Of a stretch of DNA of 64,000 bases, positions 20,871 through 32,897 are shown piece by piece; the first letter of the stretch is position 1; each line of letters opens with the position of its first letter. The translations under genes were made by a program, and so were the position numbers. This stretch comes from an uncultured Nitrososphaeraceae archaeon (GTDB taxonomy: Archaea; Thermoproteota; Nitrososphaeria; Nitrososphaerales; Nitrososphaeraceae): NCBI GenBank assembly GCA_963837175.1, contig CAWIMJ010000005.1, positions 1 to 64,000 on the forward strand, given 5' to 3'. The notes under the pieces are model-generated. The model ran no database searches, was not told the DNA's origin, and worked only from the letters and a program-made list of their open reading frames with translations.

Positions 20871-21152
20871 ATGTACCAATCAATACTTATCATGTCTGCA
20901 AGTCTACCTATCAAGTATTACACAATGAAGTATGGCGATGACACAAGCGCAGCATTTATTCATCTCGTACGGGAAATAGGACAAGTTGCTTTTGCAATCG
21001 AGACGAAAAATGCTCCGGTCCTAGAAGCAAAGCTAACCGAAGCTGTAGCACTTCTTCGGTTTATTGCTCATAGTCGCAAGATAGACTTGGAATCCAATAC
21101 AGAAAAGATGTATTCAAAAAAACTGTCCATTAGCGAGAGGAAATATGAATAA
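20871..21152 (+). CDS. MazG-like all-alpha NTP pyrophosphohydrolase-fold protein (degenerate)
   Basis: HLVREIGQVAFAI...KLTEAVALLRFIAHSRKIDLE resembles the EExGE...ELAD...LA...IDL pattern, with acidic residues partly lost. Confidence 0.45.
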   Translation: MYQSILIMSASLPIKYYTMKYGDDTSAAFIHLVREIGQVAFAIETKNAPVLEAKLTEAVALLRFIAHSRKIDLESNTEKMYSKKLSISERKYE

Positions 21153-21364
21153 AAACAAATCATTTTCTTTGTGAGTAAAAATATCAAAATATGTATATTA
21201 TTTCTACTCAGTCCATGACATTATATATAAAAACTAAAATGGCGAAAAAAGTATTGAACCCTTGTATATGCAAAGCTCAAATACTACAGAATCCATTTAC
21301 ATATCCATGAATGAAATTGCGCGTTTGATTTGCAAAGCCTTGACCTGGCTGTGTGATATATAAT

Positions 21365-21416
21365 GCTACAGGCTCACATGCATCAGAGCTACAGGCTCAC
21401 ATGCATCAGAGCTACA
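21365..21416. repeat. 23-bp tandem duplication
   Basis: GCTACAGGCTCACATGCATCAGA x2 plus GCTACA. Confidence 0.9.
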
Positions 21417-21888
21417 TGTTTAGCTTGACAATTTCGACAGGCTTTAGTTATTGTTTCTACTGAAATGTTTGAGAAATATTTATTCAGTTGGGAGTCATAA
21501 GGAACGATATATCCCTCTTTGATTTCCTCTCCTTCTTCCCATATTAGCAGTGATTGCTTGTTCTTATATAGCGTCTATCATCTGACTCATTAGCCTGTGA
21601 GTCATTCAACAGGTTTACCTACATCATATGCCACATTTGTTTTAGTTGAGGGTACTGATCCCGATGAAATTGTTTTCGGTGTCTCTAAATGTGAATGTTA
21701 AACAGTGCAAGAGTCTGAAAAAACGTGTCGAAACTTACAACTGCTGACATAATAAAATAAAGTACCGCTCCTACTAAAATCTGTTTATCTATCAATCATT
21801 TGATTGCTCTTAGTTATTGCTATAAATGTCTGGTTGATAAATTATATTTGTCATTGTGGTTCATATGCATATACATCATTCTTACAGG

Positions 21889-22770
21889 TTAGTTTCTACT
21901 GTTATTAGATGATGGTAACGGTAATGATATCTTCATAGCTGCAGTTGCTGCTATAATCTCATTTGTCAGTTTTGTTGTTAACTCATTGTAAAGCTTTTCA
22001 GCCTCTTCTACTATCAAAGTAGTATAGCTATCATTAAATGATTGTTGTTGTTGTTGCTGTTGTTGTGTTGACATTAATGAAGGATAGTTAGATCCATAGC
22101 TAATAGTAGTATTATTTGAATTATCATGTATTACGAAGTTATATAAATCAGGGTTCATCCTTAATGATTTAATTACTGAGAAAGTAGCAAATTTCAAGAG
22201 AAGTTTACTGTTTGTTAAAACACTTTTCACACTTTCTTCAGCTGCCTGTTTGATTTTATTAAGATATTCTTCGTTATTACTCTTAAATTCTGTTATAGTA
22301 GCCTCGAGTTTTGCCTTTCCATTGGAGAGATTTTCTACCTCTCTTCTTTCTCTTTCACAAGACATACGAAAAGAATTCAAAAGTGTGCTTGATATTGCTA
22401 TTTGATTGTTCAATTGGTATAGAGTTCTCTTGCATGTATGTTTTTGAGACTGCAGCATACTTACATAATTTCCTAGCCTTTTAAATCGCTCTTCAATGGC
22501 TGGTAAGTCGTTATTAGCAATTGCTAGAAGGTCAATAACTTGCTGGATACCCATGTCTTTGGCCTTGGCTAATTTGTATAACTTTAGAAATGATGATATG
22601 TCATCTTTAATCTCTTCATAAACCATATTCAGACTGTGTAGTTGTTTTAGCTTCAAATACTCTCTACAGAATTTAGTGGCATTTGATTCTCTTAGGTTTA
22701 ATGTAATAGATACATCTAATGGAGTCTTTCTATCAGAAAAGAGTTTGTATGCTTGAATAGAAAGAGATAA
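21889..22770 (-). pseudogene. Coiled-coil protein of a multicopy Nitrososphaeraceae-type family, 5'-truncated by an IS6 fragment
   Basis: QAYKLFSDRKTPLDVSITLNL..., a long coiled coil and a poly-Q tract; the apparent start lies inside the IS6 relic. Confidence 0.6.
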
Positions 22771-22864
22771 CTGTAAACTAGAACATGTTAGCAATTGGAT
22801 GAATCAGTTTGTTTATATGCATAATAGAATGCTTATTAAAAGAAAAAATTAAGTGAACAGAGCC
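22771..22864 (+). mobile_element. IS6 3'-end fragment
   Basis: Encodes CKLEHVSNWMNQFVYMHN (compare CRLEHIINWFNVFVDYHN near 58270) and ends in IR TTAAGTGAACAGAGCC (22849-22864). Confidence 0.85.
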
Positions 22865-22865
22865 G

Positions 22866-25652
22866 CTAGTACACACCTAGTCCAGCACCAGAAGAAAGAG
22901 GTTCGTTTTTATATAATGTACTCTCACGTTTAAAAAATTCTTGTAGACTCTTATCATTAATCCAATTAACGTTATTATTGTTATCATCAACTTTGATTTG
23001 TAAAACTTCCTTCAATTTATTATACCAATCCTCTTCGGTACTACATTTTTCAAGTCTTTCCAATCGAGATTTTACAAAGTTGGTATGAGAAGGTTCGGAA
23101 CTTTTTATATCATATAATATTTCAGCAGGGCTCCAGTATAGCCATCTTATTAATTGAGGCCATTTCAACGATAAGATAATCCACCGACTGACCTGATCGA
23201 AGGAAGGTGTGGATTTTCCCTTGTCAATACTTGTCATAAGAAGGCGTTGAAAACGTAGAATATTAATAAAACGTTTTATGTCTCTTGGATTATTAGAAAA
23301 GTCACAAGCAGCCTCTGATATCTGTTTGTAAAATTCTTCTTCTACATCTGGCAGCTTGTTTATTTTTTCATCCATTTCCTTAAGTTCTGCTCCAAAAGAA
23401 TCAAAAGTTACCTTTTTATTGTTCACGTCTTTTTGACTACCACTTACCGCTGAAGATGTATCCAACTCATCATCCTCGTCTTTTTTATTGACTGTCTTTT
23501 GTTCTTCTGATGAATAATTATTGTTTAGTAATGAATTGGCATACTTACGCGCTTTTTCTCCTATGCTTGGAGTAATAATAATAGGAAGCTGAATAAATTT
23601 ATCCATAAATCGCCATCCTATGGGCATATGAGTTGGGTAACTCGGAAGTTTTGAAATAACTTCTTTATGATCTACTTCTAATGCGGCAGCTACCATTTCT
23701 GTATCTATTCCAAGTATAAACATACAGTCTTTAAATTCAAATTCACCTGCAAGAAAAAGATTAATTCCTTCAATAACCTGTGCAATATTGCTTGGAGAAC
23801 AACGATCTAGATCGTCTATGAAAATAACCATTGGTAGGCAATCTTCACGAATAGTCTCAAAAACAAGTTGTAGATCTTTTACAACATTATGAATGAAACC
23901 TACTTTTTCATTATAGTCTGGAACTTTAACGAACTTGCCCAAGCTTAGCGCTGCTGGTTTGTCTTCTGCATCCTTTTTTTTATCCAAGGCTTGAAAAACA
24001 CCCATACCAGCAGAGCTAATTGCTCCAAACAGACTAGCATAGGGAGTATACGGATTCTGTCCTACTGCTCCTATAACTGCAGTCATTGTTGAAGCTCCAA
24101 TTCCAATTATAGACGCAGATAACCAAGGTTTGAGATTTTGCCATATGTAAGACAGAGTATGCTCTGTTATCCATTGGCGTATACTATCAATATCCCTACG
24201 CTTCAAATTCAAACGTAAATAAAACCATTCGCGTCCTACTGGATCCATACGGTCTGCAACTCCTTTAACTATACTATCAGCTAAACCTGCCCATACTTGT
24301 TCTGTGCTTTCGTATTTCCATGCGTTAAACCAAATAGTTACAACTGGTTTGATATGCCATCCAATGCTTTCTGGAATTTTAGGCTCTGGATGATCTTTAT
24401 TTTGTTTTTTGCACTCAGCTAGCTCCTTTTTTATGTCTTTTACTTTTACCTCTTCTTTTTTTGGCTTATTACTAACACTTTTATAATTAAATGATTCTGT
24501 TTTTGGAGCATCTTTATCAAGCATGTCTCTGAGCATTCTCATAAGAGATGTCTTGCCTCCTCCCCATGGAGCCTGTATGCTGATGGAAATAGGCGCTGTT
24601 GTTTTATCACTGCCTAGAAATCTTGCTAATGTGTACGTGTAGCTTCGATATCCAAGGGCATCTTTTGTTGTCCACATATCGCTTGTAATATAAGTTGGCA
24701 GAATCGGACTGATCTTTGGTAATTTGCTAAATGTTTGAAGATGAATGTTTAGCCAAAGGTTCAGCTCTACTTCAAATAATGAACTAATCTGTGCCAAAAA
24801 ACTATTTGACCAATCTTCAGCATCAAAATTCCATTTTCTCATCTGTTCTCCATGATTAAGAGCAATGACTGTTGTTGGATTATTGTAGATATATGCTCCC
24901 ATAATATGGCGAACACCCATATCAGCATACTGACCATTATTACTGCCCTTCTGAATTTCAAGCGTCTTGTCAAAGATATCCCTTCCCGATTTTGTTACAC
25001 TGCTACCAAAGCTTAGATTAGCAACATTATCATCCGATATCTGTTTTTCACGGATTTCTTGAAGCTTGTCTTTAGATATCTCTCTATAGTTCAATATATC
25101 ATCAATTTTGATTTCTTTCTTTTCTGCATACTCTTGAAACCATTTTGATATGGGATCATGGGAAACCAAAAATGCCAATAATATCGATGTAAAACTAAAA
25201 CTATAACTTTGTGACGTGTTTTCATTAATAAAGGCTGCTCTAACAAGCAGATGTTTCAGATCCTTTGTCATATTGGTGAGTTGCCAAGGATCAGAGGTCT
25301 GTAATTCTTGTTTTATGGATAGTTTGTCATCACTTTTAATAAGTGATTCTATAAGATGAAATACAGGCTTTAAATCAGAGGCCGGACCACGAATTTCTAT
25401 GTTTGTTACGCCTTTGATAGAAATTTTTGCCTCTCTAAATACAAGTCCCTTTTCCGTATATTCAATTCCTTGAAGTCTATCGAGACTCTCACTAACAATA
25501 TCCTCTGATTGTATAAGGTGATCTCTCTGTACATATAATATTATCCGTTTATCTGTAATTAAAAATTTATATTTTTTATTTGCATAATGGACAAATGTCT
25601 TACTCTGGAACCTTATATTCTCCAAAGGAAGTAAAAAATCCTGTACAGACAT
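22866..25652 (-). CDS. KAP-family P-loop NTPase with an N-terminal PH-like domain and two TM helices
   Basis: ISIQAPWGGGKTSLM (Walker A), WFNAWKY, IFIDDLDRC (Walker B), FMDKFIQLP and NPRDIKRFIN. N-terminal FLITDKRIILY...IEYTEKGL is bacterial-PH-like. Confidence 0.9.
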   Translation of the reverse strand: MSVQDFLLPLENIRFQSKTFVHYANKKYKFLITDKRIILYVQRDHLIQSEDIVSESLDRLQGIEYTEKGLVFREAKISIKGVTNIEIRGPASDLKPVFHLIESLIKSDDKLSIKQELQTSDPWQLTNMTKDLKHLLVRAAFINENTSQSYSFSFTSILLAFLVSHDPISKWFQEYAEKKEIKIDDILNYREISKDKLQEIREKQISDDNVANLSFGSSVTKSGRDIFDKTLEIQKGSNNGQYADMGVRHIMGAYIYNNPTTVIALNHGEQMRKWNFDAEDWSNSFLAQISSLFEVELNLWLNIHLQTFSKLPKISPILPTYITSDMWTTKDALGYRSYTYTLARFLGSDKTTAPISISIQAPWGGGKTSLMRMLRDMLDKDAPKTESFNYKSVSNKPKKEEVKVKDIKKELAECKKQNKDHPEPKIPESIGWHIKPVVTIWFNAWKYESTEQVWAGLADSIVKGVADRMDPVGREWFYLRLNLKRRDIDSIRQWITEHTLSYIWQNLKPWLSASIIGIGASTMTAVIGAVGQNPYTPYASLFGAISSAGMGVFQALDKKKDAEDKPAALSLGKFVKVPDYNEKVGFIHNVVKDLQLVFETIREDCLPMVIFIDDLDRCSPSNIAQVIEGINLFLAGEFEFKDCMFILGIDTEMVAAALEVDHKEVISKLPSYPTHMPIGWRFMDKFIQLPIIITPSIGEKARKYANSLLNNNYSSEEQKTVNKKDEDDELDTSSAVSGSQKDVNNKKVTFDSFGAELKEMDEKINKLPDVEEEFYKQISEAACDFSNNPRDIKRFINILRFQRLLMTSIDKGKSTPSFDQVSRWIILSLKWPQLIRWLYWSPAEILYDIKSSEPSHTNFVKSRLERLEKCSTEEDWYNKLKEVLQIKVDDNNNNVNWINDKSLQEFFKRESTLYKNEPLSSGAGLGVY

Positions 25653-26254
25653 AGTGTTTATATACTCAAGTATAGGATGACAGCGATAAATATAAACAAA
25701 TACGTGCTAAAATTGTGTCATCCTCTTGATATTGTTTCTTTCTTTAATTTTGCAACTTTTGCAATTATTGGATATGAAGAGTCATCGCCTGGAGTCCTTT
25801 TTTTCAGTATTTTCATAATATGATTTTATATCCTTCTCCCAATCATTAACATTCTTATCGATTTTTTCTAATAAATCCTTGTTTTCTTCCAAAGGTTTCC
25901 TAACTTCTGGTATCTTGAGCAATAGTTTTATAACTACGTGTATTAACTCTGCATAGTCTGTACTTTTTAGAGAACCCATACCTGTCAAGCAATAGCTTTA
26001 TCAGGACAAACTTGACATTCCTTAGTCTTTTCATATCGATTATCCTTTTGTTATTGGATGTCCAAGGATTACAAACATAGATGGACCATCTGAATCTGTA
26101 CAGACAGCACAGCTAAATTCTAACAAGTACCAACAATTTAGTGCTCTTTGAATAATATTTCCAGCGCAATAAAAGAACCTGTGTTACTCCTTCAGGATAA
26201 TCTTTCTCCTATGAATATGCCAACTAAAGTAGTATAGTATTAATGCAGAAATAA

Positions 26255-28243
26255 TTATCTAAGTTCACTGCTAAAGCAAATTTTGTTAGAACTAAATTTT
26301 CTCAGAAAGCGTCTTTCAAAGGGTACATTTTTCAGGAAGTAGATTTCACGAGCGCAAAATTTAGAGAAGCAGATTTCACTGCATCCAAGTTCACTGCTAA
26401 AGCAGAATTCCATTCGACTGAATTTATAGGCGAAGCAACATTTCATCAAACAGAATTCCAGGAACTCTCTTTTTATAGTGGTGCGTTTACTAAAGTCAAC
26501 TTTACAAATGCCCAGTTCAATAGTAAATCAGAATTCATGCTAACTAAGTTCGAGGAGGTAGATTTCTCAGATTCGAACTTCCATGAAGTGTCATTTATGT
26601 ATGCTGAATTCACAAAAATAGCATATTTCAAGAAGAGCAAATTCTTAAATGATGCATATTTTGATGATGCTATTTTCCAGAAAGCAGATTTCGTTTATTT
26701 CGATGAAGCTGAATTTCTTCAAAATGCATCTTTTAATAAAGCCAAATTCAAAGAAGCGTGCTTCTGCAAAGTAAAGTTCATGGGTATAACATATTTCTTT
26801 TCAACTGAATTTATGGCGAGGATGACTTTTAACGAATGTGAATTTCATAAAGACTCCTCTTATGGTCAATCCGTATTTAAAGACGTATCTTTCTATAAAG
26901 CTAAATTCCATGGAAAAGCTGATTTTACTTTAGCTGAATTCCGTGGAAGACCAGAAGACAAATTCGTAGCCCTAGTCGATTTCTCTCAAGCTAAATTAGA
27001 AAATGTAATATTCCGAGATACCAAGTTTCAAGAAGCGCACTTCGAAAAAGCTGAATTTCAAGTATCAGATTTCGCCTTATCTAACTTCTACGATGAAGTA
27101 TATTTCTCTGAAGCTAAATTCCATGCCATAGCAGATTTCCGTCAAGGTAAATTCCATGACATTGCATATTTTAATGAAGCCAAATTTCAGGAAGCGATTT
27201 TCTACGCTGTAGAATTCCTTGAAGCAAATTTTAATGCAACCAGATTTCAAGAGGCAAACTTCGTTTCAGCCAAGTTCAAACGTAGAGGATTCTTTAATTA
27301 TGTGTTATTGAAAAAAGAAAAGGTCATGTTTAATTCAGTAGATTTAGCAAACGTCTCTTTTAGCAACACAGATATAACTCGAGTTATGTTTGGTGAAGAT
27401 GTAATCTGGGGCAGGAATCCAACTGATAAATTCAAGGTAGTCGATGAAGAACAGCTTGAAACTGCCTATTTATTGTTTAATTGGAATGACAACCTAGAAA
27501 ATATTAAGGCTAATCTCATAAGTTTTTTGACAGAAACTTTGGGATTGGAGTGGGTAAGTAATGATTCAGAGGTAAAAAATAGCATTTACTTTACTAACAC
27601 CATAAATGTCTATTCACAGGATGGCAAAAAATCACTTTCGTTACAACTTAATCATGAACAAGCTAGTGCTACATTATACGCTGAGGGTAACAAAAAATAT
27701 GAATTCTCTGGAAAAGGAGGCTGACAAACTAAACTTATACTATACAAAAAAATAAACATAGAGAGTATCAAGGCAATATATAGAAACTTAAGGGAAAATT
27801 ATGAGTATAGACTTAGGTATGATGAAGCTGGTCACTTCTTTATTAGAGAAATGGAGCTGAAGAGAAAATACAGTGTAGACCGTCAAGGAAAAGTTATAAA
27901 GACTGATTGGTTCAGAAGAAACTTTTCATTAACTGGATTCTATCGCCTAGCATCATATGGTGAAAAATTTCGAATGCCTTTTCTTCTTAGTGGGATAACG
28001 ATAGCAGTGTCAATAATTTTTTGGCTCCTCTATTTACATTCTACCTACTCCCTGTCACTTGATTATAAAGAAGGTCTAGTTCCTTTAGGCAATGCGACCG
28101 AAAGAAGTTTTACTACCTTTCTGCAGCTAAGAAATGAAAAACTCGTTTGGGAAGATTATATTTTTAAAGCATTAGGAATTCTAAGCTTAGGTTTATCCGC
28201 AATACCGTTAAGAAGAAAATTCGAAAGAAAATTCAGGCATTAG
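26255..28243 (+). pseudogene. Pentapeptide-repeat protein with a C-terminal membrane domain; 5'-truncated and frameshifted
   Basis: A(D/N)FxxAKF repeats are open from 26255 with no start codon. A shift near 27715 leads to IYRNLRENYEY...FFIREMELKR...YGE and TM segments. Confidence 0.75.
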
Positions 28244-28255
28244 TATTCAGGCTGC

Positions 28256-28470
28256 TTAACAGACTTGGTTTATTGTCATGTTCGGTCGTATATCGGCTTG
28301 TTCTGGTGACCAATTGATTTGATGGTAAGCTGCTTCTACTTTACTATGGTCAATAGGAGCATTAGCAGTGGTGACTTGATTTTTTTCTGATTTTTCTGCT
28401 ACGTATCTTATTGCGTCATCAACTACAGTCGCATTAGTATTATCTTTTCTCTTTTATCTTCTGTTATTGT
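28256..28470 (-). pseudogene. C-terminal relic of an HTH/TerS-like family related to 5001..5501
   Basis: Reads TEDKREKI and TNATVVDDAIRYVAEK...TINQVC*; aligns with QAKI...GGEVIEQGIAY of the TerS-like gene. Confidence 0.5.
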
Positions 28471-28527
28471 GAAGTAGCTATAATCAAAGAAAAAGCAATA
28501 GCTTTATAAAATTCAAGAGGAATGTCA

Positions 28528-29160
28528 TTATTTGGAAGATTTAGGAAAGACTAGATTGAATGCAAGCAGAAAAGAAGCAATATGGAGACTGAGATGGACT
28601 TCATCAATCGTAGGTTCATTACCTGATTTTTCTATCTTCTGGAGAAGCTGTGGGTAATTATCCCAAGCTCCTATTAATTCATTTAATGTAGTCACATCAA
28701 ACCGTCTGAAGTTTTTGTCCATTTCATTTTCAATCTCATAAACCTTATCCATGAGTTTGTTATAAGGTTCAGCAGTTTTATATTCAGATATAGCGGTATT
28801 CATTAAATCTCTATCTTCTGCTCTTCTATAATAAAAGTCCCTAGTTTTAGAGCCATGTAAGTCTATCGATTCTTGATTATGAATAAAATAATTTTTGCAA
28901 TATTCAACTAACTTCCTAGCATTATCAATTATTTTTTGTAGTATGTCTTTTCGATTAGCAATAAATTTCTCTGCTTCAGGATAACAGGGTGCGTTTTGTA
29001 ACGAGTAAATAAGATCACTATGTAAAGGATTAAAACAAGCATTTTTTAAAGCATTAGTCTCATTCCAAGTGATATATCTATCGACTAGAAGTAATCCTTT
29101 TACATCAGGATCAAATAGATCTTTTATTTCAGATGACATATAATAATATCCATAATACAT
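28528..29160 (-). CDS. Hypothetical helical protein
   Basis: 210-aa ORF, no motif recognised. Confidence 0.6.
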   Translation of the reverse strand: MYYGYYYMSSEIKDLFDPDVKGLLLVDRYITWNETNALKNACFNPLHSDLIYSLQNAPCYPEAEKFIANRKDILQKIIDNARKLVEYCKNYFIHNQESIDLHGSKTRDFYYRRAEDRDLMNTAISEYKTAEPYNKLMDKVYEIENEMDKNFRRFDVTTLNELIGAWDNYPQLLQKIEKSGNEPTIDEVHLSLHIASFLLAFNLVFPKSSK

Positions 29161-29994
29161 ACAAATACCATCTAAATAAGAGTTCAGTGTATCTATAATT
29201 TATAACCTGCTCTATCTGGGGTGTATATATTATTACTGTTATTTTTTCTGCAGTTGTGAAGCCATCAGAAGAAATACTTTAAGCACCCAAGATAATCATT
29301 CCACATAGTTAGGCATTTTTTGTCATGATCGATATCTGTATTTCTCATCTTGATATTTAAAAAAGATATTATATCGTCTTTACTTTCGATATCAAGAAAA
29401 TTAAATCTAAATCTATAAAGTAGGCAAAAACTATCATTGCTTTAGGGTTCTGATTTTGATAATTTTCAGATGTGCAGTTAGCTTTTATATGTTTATAAAA
29501 ATCTCTAATTAGCATTGAGTTATCTGGATTGGATATAGAACTGATTTTATTTATCGTAGTAGTCAGTCTAATTGTTATTGTCTAGTTAGTTTCCTCCTTT
29601 AAAACTATATCCTTCAGTTTATGGTCTCCTACAGTGGCATAAGAACCCACATAGTTAGCGGGTTCGGTGGTTCTCGACCTGATAGCAGTTCAAAAAAGAA
29701 TTCCAATTCAATTAACAGACAGGTTAACTTTCAAGTTTTCGGATTATTATAAAAGTTAAAAAGTTGGTTATTCATACAAAATGATGCCGATAGTTCAAAC
29801 CCTAGTTCCACTAATGATATCACTGCTAAAAATGGGTTTTCAATATTGAAATAAATGAATTGGACACTAGGTTTCTCATTAATTCTCTTTATTTGATAGG
29901 TGATGTAATTTCAATGCTATTATACATAAGTTGAAATAAGTATAGATGATAAACCACAGCTACTTGTTATCAAATTTTAGAAAACACTTTGCAT

Positions 29995-31315
29995 TTATTC
30001 TTCTTTACTTGAGGACTGCTTAGTTGTATCAAGACTTAAACGTGTCATCGCTCTTTTGATGCCATCAATAATTTCTCTAGTAACCAATCCAATACTGAAA
30101 CTAACTGCTGCAAGCCAATAGGTAGTTGAAGTAGTAGTTTGTCCCTGAGACAGTAAAAGCCAAACGACAGTAGCAAGTAATGGAGCTAATGCCATTTCTG
30201 AAAGCTCGGCCTGAGTTCCTACCGCAAATTCCTGACTGTTCTCCTCAGGCTTAATATACTCAGGAGGACGAACATATTGCCTGGAAGCAGCCTTAGAAAG
30301 ATATCTTAAATAGCCACCTGCTAATCCTAATAAAACTACGTAAAAAGGAATACTAATTGTGAATGAACGGTCATTACTAATAGTATTATTACTAACAGTA
30401 TTTCCTCCAATATTTATTGCCCATTCCCTTATAGGAAGCCCATTATTTTTGTCAAATTGAGGATTTCTATCTCTATCCAAAACTTGTTGTAGAATTAGAC
30501 CTACAGGAGAATTTGCTCCAACTTCTACATCAGTAAGAGCAAGTCCTCCTAATATTGAAATAACCATTCCAGAAATAAAAATAAAGCGCCCTATCTTATA
30601 TGGCGTCAGATTCAGAGTATAATATAGAATTCTTAATACAAAAGGTTCCTTGTTTGGTTTTATAAATAATATAAAAAACTCTTTCATTGTTTCTTTCTTC
30701 GAAGGTATAATTGTTGCAACCGTCAATAATCCAAAAAATATGATTCCAGCATATAACAAATAAGCAGTCAAAGTGAAGAATGGATTTACTACTTCAATTG
30801 GAATTGAATATTTTGCTTGAGGTTCATCTATGGGATAAATGGTAATGTTGTATTTTCCAATATTTTGATTGCTTAAGCTATCATAATAAAAATTGCCATT
30901 TTTGTCAGTAGGTATTGATGCGAAATGTGTGATCTTTTGCTTAGGCAGATCGAAATAACACCAAGGTAATGACTGTCCTCCAGTCTGATTAGCTACTATT
31001 ATTAGTGTTGAATTAGTATTCTTTCTAGTATTATTAAAAACACTACCAGAAAGATCAACAATCTGTCCTGGCGAGTACTTTAATCTGCCGATATGTATTT
31101 TTAGCAGACTGCTTTAATGATCCAATATTGTCAGATGGTGAAAGAATACTTGTAGGATTTGACTTACAACTAGGAGAATAAGCTGCTGACAATAGTACAA
31201 TTAATATAATAACTGCTCCGATAATTAGTATGCTACTTATTATAATATGTGAACGATACTTTTTGTTTCTGAAAGTTTCAGAAAACCTCTTCCAAAAAGA
31301 TCGAAAGTTCACCAT
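29995..31315 (-). CDS. Membrane protein, probably one gene split by frameshift(s)
   Basis: ORFs 31055..31315 and 29995..30771 are co-oriented with coding-like sequence between them; multiple TM segments (GLAGGYLRYL, AVSFSIGL). Confidence 0.55.
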
Positions 31316-32897
31316 CTAAATATACAAATGTATCTGGTAGCTTGATAAAATTTATCCTTTAAAATATACTACGAATTTTAAATTACATTGAACACAGCTT
31401 TGCTTATAGTAGTTGTTCATCCATTTTCTTAAAAGAATCCATTTAAAAGCATAAATATTGTAACGCAACAAGGTGTGAAAATAGGAGTCAGGAAAGGATA
31501 AAGAAGGTTATTCCAAATGATGCGCTTGTCACTTTGTTGTCCTCTTGTATTAGTTTAGAGGATGTTCATTTCCAACTACACCTTTGCCCGAGTAGTCTAT
31601 CCTCTCGACTTTATACCTAGGTCATGGGTGATACTATTACTAGGAAGGAGAGTGGAAGAAAGATAGATAGAGCAAATGCAACTCAGATGTTTAATAACAA
31701 TCGTAATGAAGTATATACTTTCTACCGCATACAATATTTAGATATATATTATACTTAAATCTCAAATTCCAAAATGAGAACTAATTACAATCCCTTATAA
31801 GAAGCGATGAATTTAATTTTACTTGGGCATCGCTGAAATAATATTACTTCATATTCAGAATAGCCTCTATTTTTTAGTATTTGTCTATATTCTGGGGGCA
31901 GAATATGGACAAGTGGTGATAATAACGATGCATTTTCTTCTCCTATGGCCTATATTCAAAAGATACATCTGATATAGGGGAAAATATGTGCAAAGGTATT
32001 TTTAAATAAAGAGATTTGATGGTGTAATTCAATATGTAGGCACTTTAGTAGAAGCAGATAAAAGATAATTACTTTAATAATCGTGCTGCTACTTGAATTA
32101 AATCTTGGAGATGTTTGAATATCACTATAGTCTTTTATCGAAATATCCGAAGCTTTAAGCTCTCATATATAACAAGGTAATTATATATGATTTATGAAGT
32201 GTACAAGAGACTGTAGTCGATAAGGTTTTTCTATTATACTAAAGCGGATCAAAAATTTTTTTGAAGCATATAAAATGGGAAAAATAGTGGAATATGATCT
32301 CGTAGGTCCTTGACTGATCTTTGTTATTTCGATGCTACGCACATCAAGCTTGGCTATACCTCAGTTGATACATAGCTCAATCTTCACCAACGATTTTTGT
32401 CATCCTAAGTAAAACATAAACAGAGGCTAGTCCAATAAGGCGCTGTCTATGGATATCCAAGTTGAGTGGTTAAGTAAGATTTAGTTTTATAGATGTAGGC
32501 TTTTAGTGGGGACGAATTGAGTTAACACTTTACTACGATCTACATCATAGTAAGATTTATCAAGTCTTCCACTATCTAATCTTCATCAGTCAATATAATA
32601 GTTAAAATTCAAACAAGTTGTCTATAAGTTATGACAATAATTACTGCTTATAAAAAAACCCTATGGTTTAATTATGCATTTTGATATAATATGTTTGAAG
32701 AGAAGAAAGACTTTGTGCAATAATAAGCAAACTAATTCAAATAGTATCTTATCAACAGCAATTCCATATTCTTATTGTGAACCTATACTCATCGTTACAT
32801 TATGCAAAGTGTTCAAAACACATAGAAGCATATAGGCAGGCACAAGTTTACTGGAACATGGGTTGTCTCATATAATGGTCGTGGTAGTAAGATAACT

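Noticed and set aside
15687-22864. Intact IS6 composite transposon
   Set aside because: The outer flanks (AAATATAG vs GCTAGTAC) are not duplicated and the right copy is only a 94-bp fragment.
31586-31630. GCCCGAGTAGTCTAT resembling a tRNA 5' end or att site
   Set aside because: No T-arm (GTTCRA) or complementary acceptor stem follows, and no second copy was seen.
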